Source: an uncultured Desulfobacterales bacterium (lineage in GTDB: Bacteria; Desulfobacterota; Desulfobacteria; Desulfobacterales; Desulfosudaceae). Taken from it: DNA of 28,851 nt. Made by a program: the position numbers and the translations under genes. Shown here piece by piece: positions 16,230-24,600 of the stretch. The notes beneath the pieces were generated by a model that worked only from the letters and a program-made list of their open reading frames with translations, was not told the DNA's origin and did not search any database. Each line of letters opens with the position of its first letter. Positions within the stretch are counted from its first letter, which is position 1. Where the stretch lies: contig CAYSMV010000471.1 in assembly GCA_964432245.1 (NCBI GenBank), positions 1 through 28,851 on the forward strand, given 5' to 3'.

Positions 16230-19200
16230 ATGACAGATCCGACCTCATTTAAAGACACCCGGCTCTGGCTGGCGCTGAAGGGATCCACGCCGGAAATTTT
16301 ATCCTGCCTGGATCAGCTCAACACCCTATCGGAGCTTTCCGTGGAAGAGCGTATGCCTTTTCTGGCGCGACTGCTGCCCTTAACCCGCCATGAGAACGCC
16401 CGGATCCGGAAAGCGGCCTTTCAGGCCTTATCAGGCGTGGCCGGTTATACCGGCCTGCAGACCCTGCTGACAGGCTGTTCCGATGCCGAACCGGAGACCC
16501 GGCAGGAAGCGCTGCTGGGTTTTCACGAATCCTGTCAGCATGACCCGAACCAGTGGATACTGGCCCTGTTTCATCCCGATGCGGACATGCGGCTTCTGGC
16601 ATTGGGGCAGAGAATACCCCGCGGAACAGAAGACCTGTTACTGGCCATCCTGCTTCTGTCAGCAGACCCGGCCTCCCAGATCCGCGTTGAAAAACATTTA
16701 AAGAACCATAACATACCGGTGGTGCATCTGCACTTACTGCTAAGGCTCCATAACAGCGGCCATGTTTCCACAGAAACGGCCAAGGCCCTGATTACCAGTC
16801 TTAATTGGACTTATTTGTTTGAAATTATCGACCTGCGTCACACAGATCTTACAGACATCCCTGACTACGCGTATTCTGCCGAAGAACCGCCCGAGCACAC
16901 GCCCCCGCCCCTCAGCGTGAACACCGCACCCCTGGCCTATCTCATCAGCCTTTTCTGGGAAAATCCCGCTGAAGAGACTGAACAGGACCAGGAAGAAGAG
17001 CCCTCGCCGCCCGAGGATTTCTGGAAAAAATTACACCGCTGCCCATCCATCTTCGATGGGGCAAGGTACGATCTTATCAAGGCCATTCATGCCGTTGCCG
17101 CCCACAAAAAATTCTGGATCCAGCCGGCGGCAGATACGCTGACAATGATCAGCATCCATGCCCTGGCCGACGAGCGCATCCCCCCTGAACTTCGGCGAAA
17201 ATCAAGCCTTACCATTATTAAACAGGCCGGAAATATAGAAAAAGACAGTCTTAAAACGATTAAGAAGATACTCAGGAACAAAATCTGTTTGGATGATTCT
17301 GGCCGACCGAACCTGACGGTTATCATCAGTGTACTATTAAGACTGGAACGCGCCGCCTCCGGCAGACCGCCTGACCCATACCGCATTTTGCTGAATTTAT
17401 TCGGTCTGGAGCCGATTGTCGACGCCGCAGTTCGCCAACCCCGGCTGGCAGGCTATCTGTTAATTCTGCCCGCTTCCCAGAAGAGCTGGTCAAGAAGGCT
17501 GATTTACCGCCGAATTAAGGACCATCCGCAAATCCCCGGGGCTTTGCTATATTGCGCCGTTATTGCCGGGACACTGCCCAGTCAATTGGGATTTCTGGCA
17601 GAATTAGACCCCGATATTCTCTTTAACATCTGCGAAGAGATATTTACACAGGAAGTCAGGCAAGAGATTCTCCTGTCCCGGCGAAAACTCCAGAAAACGG
17701 CTGAAATCATTGCCAACAAAATGACCGCTGAACAGGTTATCCCCATTGTCAGGCTCTGGTTTGACGTCCACTTACAGAAAGAAAGCTATTTCGGCCAGGA
17801 ACTGCTGGCCGATCTCGCGCGGGAAATATCAACCGACGCATTTCTGAAAGAGACAAAATCAGCCTCCCGCGAAGATCTGATAAAATTGCTGACATTAATT
17901 CCATGCTGCCCGGGCTTTCCTGTCGGTAAAGAGAACGCCCTGGCCATGGAACTCAAGCACCATCCGGATCCGTCTGTGGAGCGATGGTGCGCTGAGCGCG
18001 TCCTGAAAACTGATAAAAACGCCCGGGAGGATACTGAGGTTGACCCGTCCGCCCTGCTGTCGGACCAGGAAAAAAACAAGATTGTCTCTGCCGGCGACCT
18101 TGAGCTGAACGATCTCCTCCAGCCGGCTCTCAGGCACCAGCGGCAGGGCCTCTGCCGGACCTTGCTGGCGCGCCCGGCTCCTTACAGAGAGTCCGTTGAA
18201 GTCTGCGCCGCCGCCCTGAAAAGCCTTGATCCTCTGGAAGAGATAGATGCCGTGTTTCACCGGTATGGAAACAGCACCCCCTCTTTCCTGGAAAAACTGG
18301 ACCTTCTGATGGTCGGAAACAGCCGCCTTCCGGAATCGCTGTTCGGCAACTGCTTTCTATGCCTGTGGGAAGAACATTGCTTTGCCGCCGCCGGACAGAT
18401 AGAAAGCCTGCCCGGCGGTTTTACAGTTTTTATTGAAATCGGGGATAATCTGCGATCCGCGCCGATCAGGGATGTCATGTGGCTGACGCTGAAATACCTG
18501 GTGAGCATGTGGCGATTTCGCGACCTTGACAAACTAAAATCGATATTCACGCCGGATTTTGCGCACAAAATGGTGGACCATCTCACGGAAGGCAATGAAC
18601 CCGCGGCTAAAATCCTGATCAGAGCCTTTGAATCCGGTCTGCTTCCCTCACCAAGTATGACGAATGTCTCTCCGCGCGTTCGCTCCGAAATCCAGGATTA
18701 CCCGCCGAACATTCGTAAAATTCTAATGCCGTGGATTGACAGTACTGGGATCACGGGCAATTCCCTGCGGCTGACCGGAAAAAAGGACGAGCCTTCTAAA
18801 GAGATCACTCAAAAAATAACCGGGAGTATGGACACACAGTTTCTGCTCGGCTGCTGTCTGCATGCCAATGGCGGTGTGGTCAACGAGGCGGTCCTGCGCA
18901 TCATTGAGCTGGAAACGCCGCTCACAGGCCTGGCGCAACTGATGATCCGCGACCCGGCGCCTGACAGCATCGGCATTCTGACCGAGTCCATCAGCCTCTG
19001 GCCGGAAGGAGAAGCCCTGTCTATTCTGGAAAATGCCATCCCCCTGGCAACTACCCCGCTTGTCTCCCGCTTTAAGATCACTCTGGCCATGCTTGAGCGG
19101 GGATGCCGGCAATATGAGAAGCTGATATTTGAAATCCTGAACACCGAAACCGATTCTTTCTGGTTTCAGAAAAAAGACTGGGAGCGCCTCCTGAAACTGG

Positions 19201-21329
19201 GCCTTGATAAATCAACGCTGGTTGAAACCTGTGTCATCTCGCCGCAGCCCGTTATGTATCAGGAAGCAGTGCAGATCTTAAAGTTCAGCATTCGCATACC
19301 CCCGGACCGACGGATTAAGGCCCTGCGGTCATTTCTTGACCTGGGACGCAACCGTAAGCACACGGTCCGGCTGGAGGCCGCCCTCACCCTGGGACTCCTG
19401 GGTTGTCCGGATGGCTGGCCGATTATACTGACAGCCTTGCTGGCAGGTGAAATCGAGGGTGAAAAAACTATTGCATTTATTCTCGATTTGCCGGGTCTGC
19501 ATGAAGAAATGATTGAATCCGCGCTGATTGCCGGGGCTCATTTTTTCCCCTCCCGCTTGCTGACCGGCTTTTTAAAAAAGTGCTCCGCGCCATTGCTGAA
19601 AACCATTATCAGAACAACCAGAGATCCGGAATTGCGCCAGGCGGCCATCAACCACATGATCAAGGATGACCGGCACAACCCGACGATACTGCATTTAAGT
19701 AACATCTGCAAAGAGGGCATGCAGACCGGATTTGCCTTAACCGGCAAGCGCTTTCAGGTAAAAATGCTGGAAACCGGCGAGATCGGCTATACCCGCCTGG
19801 AGGGAAATGTTATCTACGCCACCCCCATTCCGGTAATCAGCCAGGCGCCTGAAGGCAGCCGGATCGTGCGCGGGGTGATTCTCCACGAAATCGGCCACCA
19901 CCTCTTTCATGCCGGCAAAGAGAGCCGCGAGGCCCATGAGGCGGCCGTGAATGAAAAAATAACGGACCTGTTGAATATCGTAGAAGATGAGCACCTGGAG
20001 CGTAATCTGCGCGTCAGGAACGAAACCTGGGGCGATGATTTTAAAAAGCTCGCCGCCTACGCCTTTCAGCACGCCGATCGTGAGGCCGATGCCGGCGACC
20101 TGCTCCGGGCCCTTGAGATCGACGCCTTTCCCGTTTTAACCGGAACCGTCATTAAAGTGGGCGTAAAAGAGGGCTGCGTCTCCTTCAATGCCGGCGGCAT
20201 CTGGCAGAAACTGGAAGAAAACCAAAACAGTTTTTCCCGGTTCATGCGCGCCCTTCGCATGGGACTCGGCAATCGTTATAACGACCCTAAAGTGGCCGCC
20301 GGGCTGAATCTGTTTAAACGCGGTTTCAAAAAGGCCTCTCCTGAACGGCTGCTTGAAATCGCGCGGGAGCTGAAAAAAATCTTCGGCCCGCGGGCCGCTC
20401 TATTGGAGAACCTGTCCTGGGAGGGCCTCTCTGAAGACGCGGAAACCCTGCTGATCGGCAGTGACGGCATTACCCAGGAAAATATTGACCGGGCCCTGGC
20501 CCGGACAGAAAAAAACGACAGTCTTTCCGGGAAAAAGGTAATAATTTACAATCAAAGCAAGGATACCTATTTTGAAAAAATTACCCGGATTGTCCGGCTG
20601 CCTTTTGACCTGAAAGCACATCAGGAATATGCCCAAAAAACCATGCGCGCCTCACGGCAGCTGCGTCCTTTTTTCCGGAACCTGGGGGTGCGATATCTGA
20701 AAGAACGCTTCCGCCTTTCCGGACGGCGGCTGGATCGCTCCCGCCTGCAGAAAATGGTTATCTACGGGGAACCACGGCTCATGATCGCCCGGATCATCAA
20801 ACCCGTAACCGATCTGTTCCTGAGCATTATTATCGACTGCTCCGAATCCATGAACCACCACAAAAACATTGAAAAAGCCAAACAGTTCGGCACCCTGTTA
20901 GCCGAGTCAACAGTCGGGGTAGACGGCCTTGATGTCCGCATTTTCGGCTTCACCGACCGGGTTATATACGATGCCGGCACACCCTTCCGCTGCGCCGTGT
21001 CGGCACTGGAAGCGGAAAACGGAAATAACGACGCGGCCGTCCTGTGGCACGCGGCCCGAATCGCTTCCGCCAGCCGCCGCGCGGTCAAGCTCCTGGTCAT
21101 GATCAGCGACGGCGCGCCGACCGCCTGCAGCACAACCGCCCTGCGCCTGCTGGTGCAGAGCCTTGCCCGGCAGCAGATATGCTGCGCCCAGATCGCACTG
21201 CGGAAATTAGACCCGGAAGATATCTGCTTCCCCTGGTACATCGTGCTGGACGAAGACGACCTTGCTTCATCCGTGAGTAAGTTCGGAGCAATTATGATAA
21301 AACTGGTAAAGCAGGCCATGGGAGGGTAG
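16230..21329 (+). CDS. 1699-aa HEAT/alpha-solenoid + zincin metallopeptidase-like + vWA protein (MoxR partner)
   Basis: HEAT-like repeats (HENARIRKAAFQAL, DAEPETRQEAL); VILHEIGHHLFH (H1219) plus LLNIVEDEHLE; MIDAS IIDCSESM (D1536) and MISDGAP; no clear SD. Confidence 0.87.
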   Translation: MTDPTSFKDTRLWLALKGSTPEILSCLDQLNTLSELSVEERMPFLARLLPLTRHENARIRKAAFQALSGVAGYTGLQTLLTGCSDAEPETRQEALLGFHESCQHDPNQWILALFHPDADMRLLALGQRIPRGTEDLLLAILLLSADPASQIRVEKHLKNHNIPVVHLHLLLRLHNSGHVSTETAKALITSLNWTYLFEIIDLRHTDLTDIPDYAYSAEEPPEHTPPPLSVNTAPLAYLISLFWENPAEETEQDQEEEPSPPEDFWKKLHRCPSIFDGARYDLIKAIHAVAAHKKFWIQPAADTLTMISIHALADERIPPELRRKSSLTIIKQAGNIEKDSLKTIKKILRNKICLDDSGRPNLTVIISVLLRLERAASGRPPDPYRILLNLFGLEPIVDAAVRQPRLAGYLLILPASQKSWSRRLIYRRIKDHPQIPGALLYCAVIAGTLPSQLGFLAELDPDILFNICEEIFTQEVRQEILLSRRKLQKTAEIIANKMTAEQVIPIVRLWFDVHLQKESYFGQELLADLAREISTDAFLKETKSASREDLIKLLTLIPCCPGFPVGKENALAMELKHHPDPSVERWCAERVLKTDKNAREDTEVDPSALLSDQEKNKIVSAGDLELNDLLQPALRHQRQGLCRTLLARPAPYRESVEVCAAALKSLDPLEEIDAVFHRYGNSTPSFLEKLDLLMVGNSRLPESLFGNCFLCLWEEHCFAAAGQIESLPGGFTVFIEIGDNLRSAPIRDVMWLTLKYLVSMWRFRDLDKLKSIFTPDFAHKMVDHLTEGNEPAAKILIRAFESGLLPSPSMTNVSPRVRSEIQDYPPNIRKILMPWIDSTGITGNSLRLTGKKDEPSKEITQKITGSMDTQFLLGCCLHANGGVVNEAVLRIIELETPLTGLAQLMIRDPAPDSIGILTESISLWPEGEALSILENAIPLATTPLVSRFKITLAMLERGCRQYEKLIFEILNTETDSFWFQKKDWERLLKLGLDKSTLVETCVISPQPVMYQEAVQILKFSIRIPPDRRIKALRSFLDLGRNRKHTVRLEAALTLGLLGCPDGWPIILTALLAGEIEGEKTIAFILDLPGLHEEMIESALIAGAHFFPSRLLTGFLKKCSAPLLKTIIRTTRDPELRQAAINHMIKDDRHNPTILHLSNICKEGMQTGFALTGKRFQVKMLETGEIGYTRLEGNVIYATPIPVISQAPEGSRIVRGVILHEIGHHLFHAGKESREAHEAAVNEKITDLLNIVEDEHLERNLRVRNETWGDDFKKLAAYAFQHADREADAGDLLRALEIDAFPVLTGTVIKVGVKEGCVSFNAGGIWQKLEENQNSFSRFMRALRMGLGNRYNDPKVAAGLNLFKRGFKKASPERLLEIARELKKIFGPRAALLENLSWEGLSEDAETLLIGSDGITQENIDRALARTEKNDSLSGKKVIIYNQSKDTYFEKITRIVRLPFDLKAHQEYAQKTMRASRQLRPFFRNLGVRYLKERFRLSGRRLDRSRLQKMVIYGEPRLMIARIIKPVTDLFLSIIIDCSESMNHHKNIEKAKQFGTLLAESTVGVDGLDVRIFGFTDRVIYDAGTPFRCAVSALEAENGNNDAAVLWHAARIASASRRAVKLLVMISDGAPTACSTTALRLLVQSLARQQICCAQIALRKLDPEDICFPWYIVLDEDDLASSVSKFGAIMIKLVKQAMGG

Positions 21330-21443
21330 AAAGACTGTCAGAAATGCACGCTTTTTGATATATGAAAAAATTCGGGGGGATACATTCCTAGTTTTAACTG
21401 TATACGTGCACGTGCACGAGTCCGCGTAAAGGAGAAACCACCT

Positions 21444-22568
21444 ATGTCATCCAGATTGAAAACCGAGGATATTGCCGTCGGCCAGTTAATGGAGACCACC
21501 TTCTGGGTTAATCCCGTCAAAGAATCCAAGTTCCGGTTCCGCGCCACCCACTTAAACGGCAAAAAAGCCCCCAAGGTCATTCTCAGCGACGACCCGGGGA
21601 TTAGGCCGGGCATCCCCTGCCTGGTCAAGATCGAAGCCATCAGGAAAGCGGAGCGGGATGACCGCGGCCAGATCGAGGTAAGCCTGCAGCACCTGCTGGA
21701 TTTAAACCTCAAGGGAATTTATCTGGATCCCGTCATCAGTATTAAACTTCAGGTCCTGCTGGAAAGCGGTTTGAATATCCTGCTGGACGGCCCCCAGGGA
21801 TGCGGCAAAACCGTTCTGGCCCGGAGCATCGCCGAATCCCTGGGCATGGAATTCATTTTTTACAACTGCAGCGCCGTGATCGAAGCCACCGACTTTCTGG
21901 CCAGCCTGCAAGTCGTGTCCGAAGAGGGACGGACGGTCACCCGGTTCATCAAAACCGATGTCCTGAAAGCCCTGGAAGAAGCCTGTGAACACCCCCGGAG
22001 AAAATACCTGATATTCCTTGACGAGTTCAACCGCTGCCCGGAGAGCGCCCGGAACGCGCTCATGCCGGTGCTGGACCACACCCGGCGGATCTTCAACCCT
22101 GTCAGCAACACTTTCCTTCAGATCGAGGACAACATCCAGTTCATCGCGGCCGTTAATCGCGGCAACGAATTTTCCGGCACCTTCGGCATTGACGCCGCCC
22201 AACTGGACCGGTTCGCCCCCCTGCAGATGGATTATCCGCCGGAAGAGGCGGAAGTGGACCTGATGACGGAAAGGCACCCGGAAGTCAGCAAAACGCGGAT
22301 CAAACAGGTGGTGAAGATCGCCAACCTCGTCCGCGCCAGCCATGAGCTCAACAAAGGCCTGTCGGTGCGGGCCGTGGATGAAACCTGCATATACCTGAAA
22401 CATCCCCTGCTGGAAAATAACACAGCTAAAATGCTTCCGGAAATCCTGAAGTCCGCTTTCTGTGGCCGCTTCCCCGGCCGCTGGGACGACCCCGATTCCG
22501 ATGCCGGCCTGGTCTGGAGCATCATCAGGGGAAGTATAGAAAAGTCCGACAAATGCTGCCGCAGGTAA
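21444..22568 (+). CDS. MoxR-family AAA+ ATPase with ~95-aa N-terminal extra domain
   Basis: Walker A GPQGCGKT, Walker B IFLDEFNR, AAVNRG, AQLDRF; AAAGGAG RBS. Confidence 0.93.
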   Translation: MSSRLKTEDIAVGQLMETTFWVNPVKESKFRFRATHLNGKKAPKVILSDDPGIRPGIPCLVKIEAIRKAERDDRGQIEVSLQHLLDLNLKGIYLDPVISIKLQVLLESGLNILLDGPQGCGKTVLARSIAESLGMEFIFYNCSAVIEATDFLASLQVVSEEGRTVTRFIKTDVLKALEEACEHPRRKYLIFLDEFNRCPESARNALMPVLDHTRRIFNPVSNTFLQIEDNIQFIAAVNRGNEFSGTFGIDAAQLDRFAPLQMDYPPEEAEVDLMTERHPEVSKTRIKQVVKIANLVRASHELNKGLSVRAVDETCIYLKHPLLENNTAKMLPEILKSAFCGRFPGRWDDPDSDAGLVWSIIRGSIEKSDKCCRR

Positions 22569-22570
22569 AA

Positions 22571-22918
22571 TGTAGTGGTCAAGTAAAAACGGACACAAAA
22601 TTAAGCAACTTTTAAATACTGTTCTTTCTCATAAGCCATAGGAGACAGATAGCCCAAGGTAGAATGAAGCCGTATACTGTCATAGAAGGTGATATAATCC
22701 AATATTTCCATCTCGGCTTGTTTCCGGGTTGCGAAACTATAGGCTGTCAGCCGTTCTGATTTCAGAGAGCGGAAAAAGCGTTCTGTGGGGGCATTGTCCC
22801 AACAGTTTCCTTTTTTCCAACCTATACCTGTACTGTTTCCGTTCCTTGACCATGTGAAGCTCCTTTCATGTTGTGAATCAGAGCTTGGCACATTGTCCAG
22901 TTCTTGGGGACCACCGCG
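22571..22918 (-). mobile_element. internally deleted IS3-family element (348 bp, both ends retained)
   Basis: IR TGTAGTGGTC-N10-GGACA at 22571 and CGCGGTGGTC-N10-GGACA on minus from 22918; RBS + orfA start MVKERKQY (ATG 22853) joined to orfB C-terminus KGNCWDNAPTERFFRSLKSE...HSTLGYLSP. Confidence 0.88.
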
Positions 22919-23083
22919 TAAGAGGACGGCAGGGCCGGTCGGCAAAGGGGATGACCGGTCCGGGCAAGTGTCAGGAAGAAACACGACCTTGTCGGCGCTA
23001 AGGTCATGCGGCAACCAGGAGCGGAGCCTGCCTGTCGGCTCGGCTGAAAGGTTAAGTATCTGCATATGGATATCAACCGGCAT
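22919..23083 (-). pseudogene. N-terminal fragment of an RtcB-like RNA ligase family protein
   Basis: GGAG RBS; MQILNL...WLPHDLSADKVVFLPDTCPDRSSPLPTGPAVLL resembles the RtcB LPD..PxG N-terminal motif; cut by the IS3 remnant. Confidence 0.55.
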
Positions 23084-23158
23084 GATTTCTCCACGCCCGA
23101 CAAAAACCTTACAACCATTTAATCCGAATATTCCGGGTTAACAGCAAGGTTTGCCCTG

Positions 23159-24160
23159 TTATGATAATTTTTCGAGATTAAATCTCACATGCATATGATC
23201 GGTATGCGGCGCCGCCCCGTCTCCGGCGTAACGCAGAACCTTCTGCAACCGGAGAACTGTTGCCGATGGCATTCGCTGCTTTTTCGCCTCCTGGATAAGT
23301 AATTCTTCTATAAAAGGCTCTACCAGAATCATATCAACTCCGGCTGCCGTTTGCTCCAGCAGAGACACAATCAGAGCAAGATTGGCCGGGCAGTCAAATT
23401 GCCGGCCCTGGCATACCCCATTCTTGTTATAGCGCAACCGGTAGCCGATACGAGCCAGAGAAGGACGTTGCGGATATAAACGGCCTTTTCCGTCACGCCC
23501 GATATACAAAAGATCGACATCATAGCCATGCTTGTGGCTGAGATGTTTGAGAAGGCTGCCTCCATAAGCGCCGCTTATATCAAAATAAGCCATGCCGGCG
23601 CCGGGATGACGTGCGGCAAAATCCGCTGAGGCTACCTTCAAGGCGGATACAAGCGGCTTCTGGCCGTAGCACCGGCCGGTCAGCCAGAACATGGGGTTTT
23701 GCACAAACAGATTTTCCTGCCAAAACGGCATCAGAACAAGGTCCGGATGATGAGGCGCGACCAGACGATAGAAATAGCAGCCAGGGAAAAAAAGCAGAAT
23801 CAGCAGGAGGATCAGTCCGGCTGTTACGATCAACAATCGTTTCGATTTCTTCTGATGAAGAGAAGTCGCAGCGGCGTCCCCCACATCTGACGGTTGCTGA
23901 CCGCATTCACCGCCCGATGTTAGCGGCGATCCGGAATAAACGGCCGAGGTATTGGATGAATATCTGCTTAACTTATGAATGTGAAAACCCTGCCAGCACA
24001 CCAGAAAAATCAGCATCAGGGTAAAAACCGGAAATATCACCAGAAAAAGAATGAAGTTTATTTCCGTATAAGTAATTCCCAGCAAATTGGCAAGATTCAC
24101 GGTAAAATCAGTGCAGAACCAATATAAGGTTCGAATTATCCCGTCTATTTTATCCATCAT
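23159..24160 (-). CDS. membrane-anchored MepA-like (LAS/M74) murein endopeptidase
   Basis: Two hydrophobic segments, then DISGAYGGSLLKHLSHKHGYDVD and HTDHMHVRF Zn motifs. Confidence 0.8.
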   Translation of the reverse strand: MMDKIDGIIRTLYWFCTDFTVNLANLLGITYTEINFILFLVIFPVFTLMLIFLVCWQGFHIHKLSRYSSNTSAVYSGSPLTSGGECGQQPSDVGDAAATSLHQKKSKRLLIVTAGLILLLILLFFPGCYFYRLVAPHHPDLVLMPFWQENLFVQNPMFWLTGRCYGQKPLVSALKVASADFAARHPGAGMAYFDISGAYGGSLLKHLSHKHGYDVDLLYIGRDGKGRLYPQRPSLARIGYRLRYNKNGVCQGRQFDCPANLALIVSLLEQTAAGVDMILVEPFIEELLIQEAKKQRMPSATVLRLQKVLRYAGDGAAPHTDHMHVRFNLEKLS

Positions 24161-24167
24161 TCCGGCC

Positions 24168-24575
24168 CTATTTCATTCCGCTTTGCAAATCTTTTATTCG
24201 CCTTCTCTGGGCCAGTACCAGTACGATCAGAAAGAGCCATGGTAAGGGGAAGCCGATCAGATAAATCAAGATACAGGCCTGCTTGTAGTTCAGGCCGGGG
24301 AGGTTGCCCAGAAGCGCAATATTGCCATTATAAAGAGTACCCGCTGCCTTCACAATAAAACTATTTTTCAACCCGGCATAACGCTGCTCAACATGCCGGC
24401 AGCCCTTGTCATGGCAGTATCTTGAACAACGATTTGGATCATATCCATGAGTAGGCGGCGGGGAAAAATGATTTACGAAAAACATGACGCTGAAACAAAA
24501 GAAAAGGCCGGCCATTAATACCAGCACCAGATCACGCACTATTTTAAATCCGAATTTGAGCACAACGGACCTCAC
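24168..24575 (-). CDS. hypothetical membrane protein
   Basis: Two TM segments flanking CSRYCHDKGCRH. Confidence 0.7.
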   Translation of the reverse strand: MRSVVLKFGFKIVRDLVLVLMAGLFFCFSVMFFVNHFSPPPTHGYDPNRCSRYCHDKGCRHVEQRYAGLKNSFIVKAAGTLYNGNIALLGNLPGLNYKQACILIYLIGFPLPWLFLIVLVLAQRRRIKDLQSGMK

Positions 24576-24600
24576 GCCCGGAATAAACTATTAACCGTAC

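Noticed and set aside
21400-21420. Palindromic/tandem CGTGCA run between the giant gene and MoxR
   Set aside because: Single short occurrence with no supporting context
21702-22598. 298-aa ORF and other long antisense ORFs over purM, tsaD, the giant gene and MoxR
   Set aside because: Shadow frames of well-supported genes on the opposite strand
22601-23083. 160-aa ORF as a functional transposase
   Set aside because: Chimera of RtcB-like fragment, IR and IS3 orfB tail; the DDE core is missing
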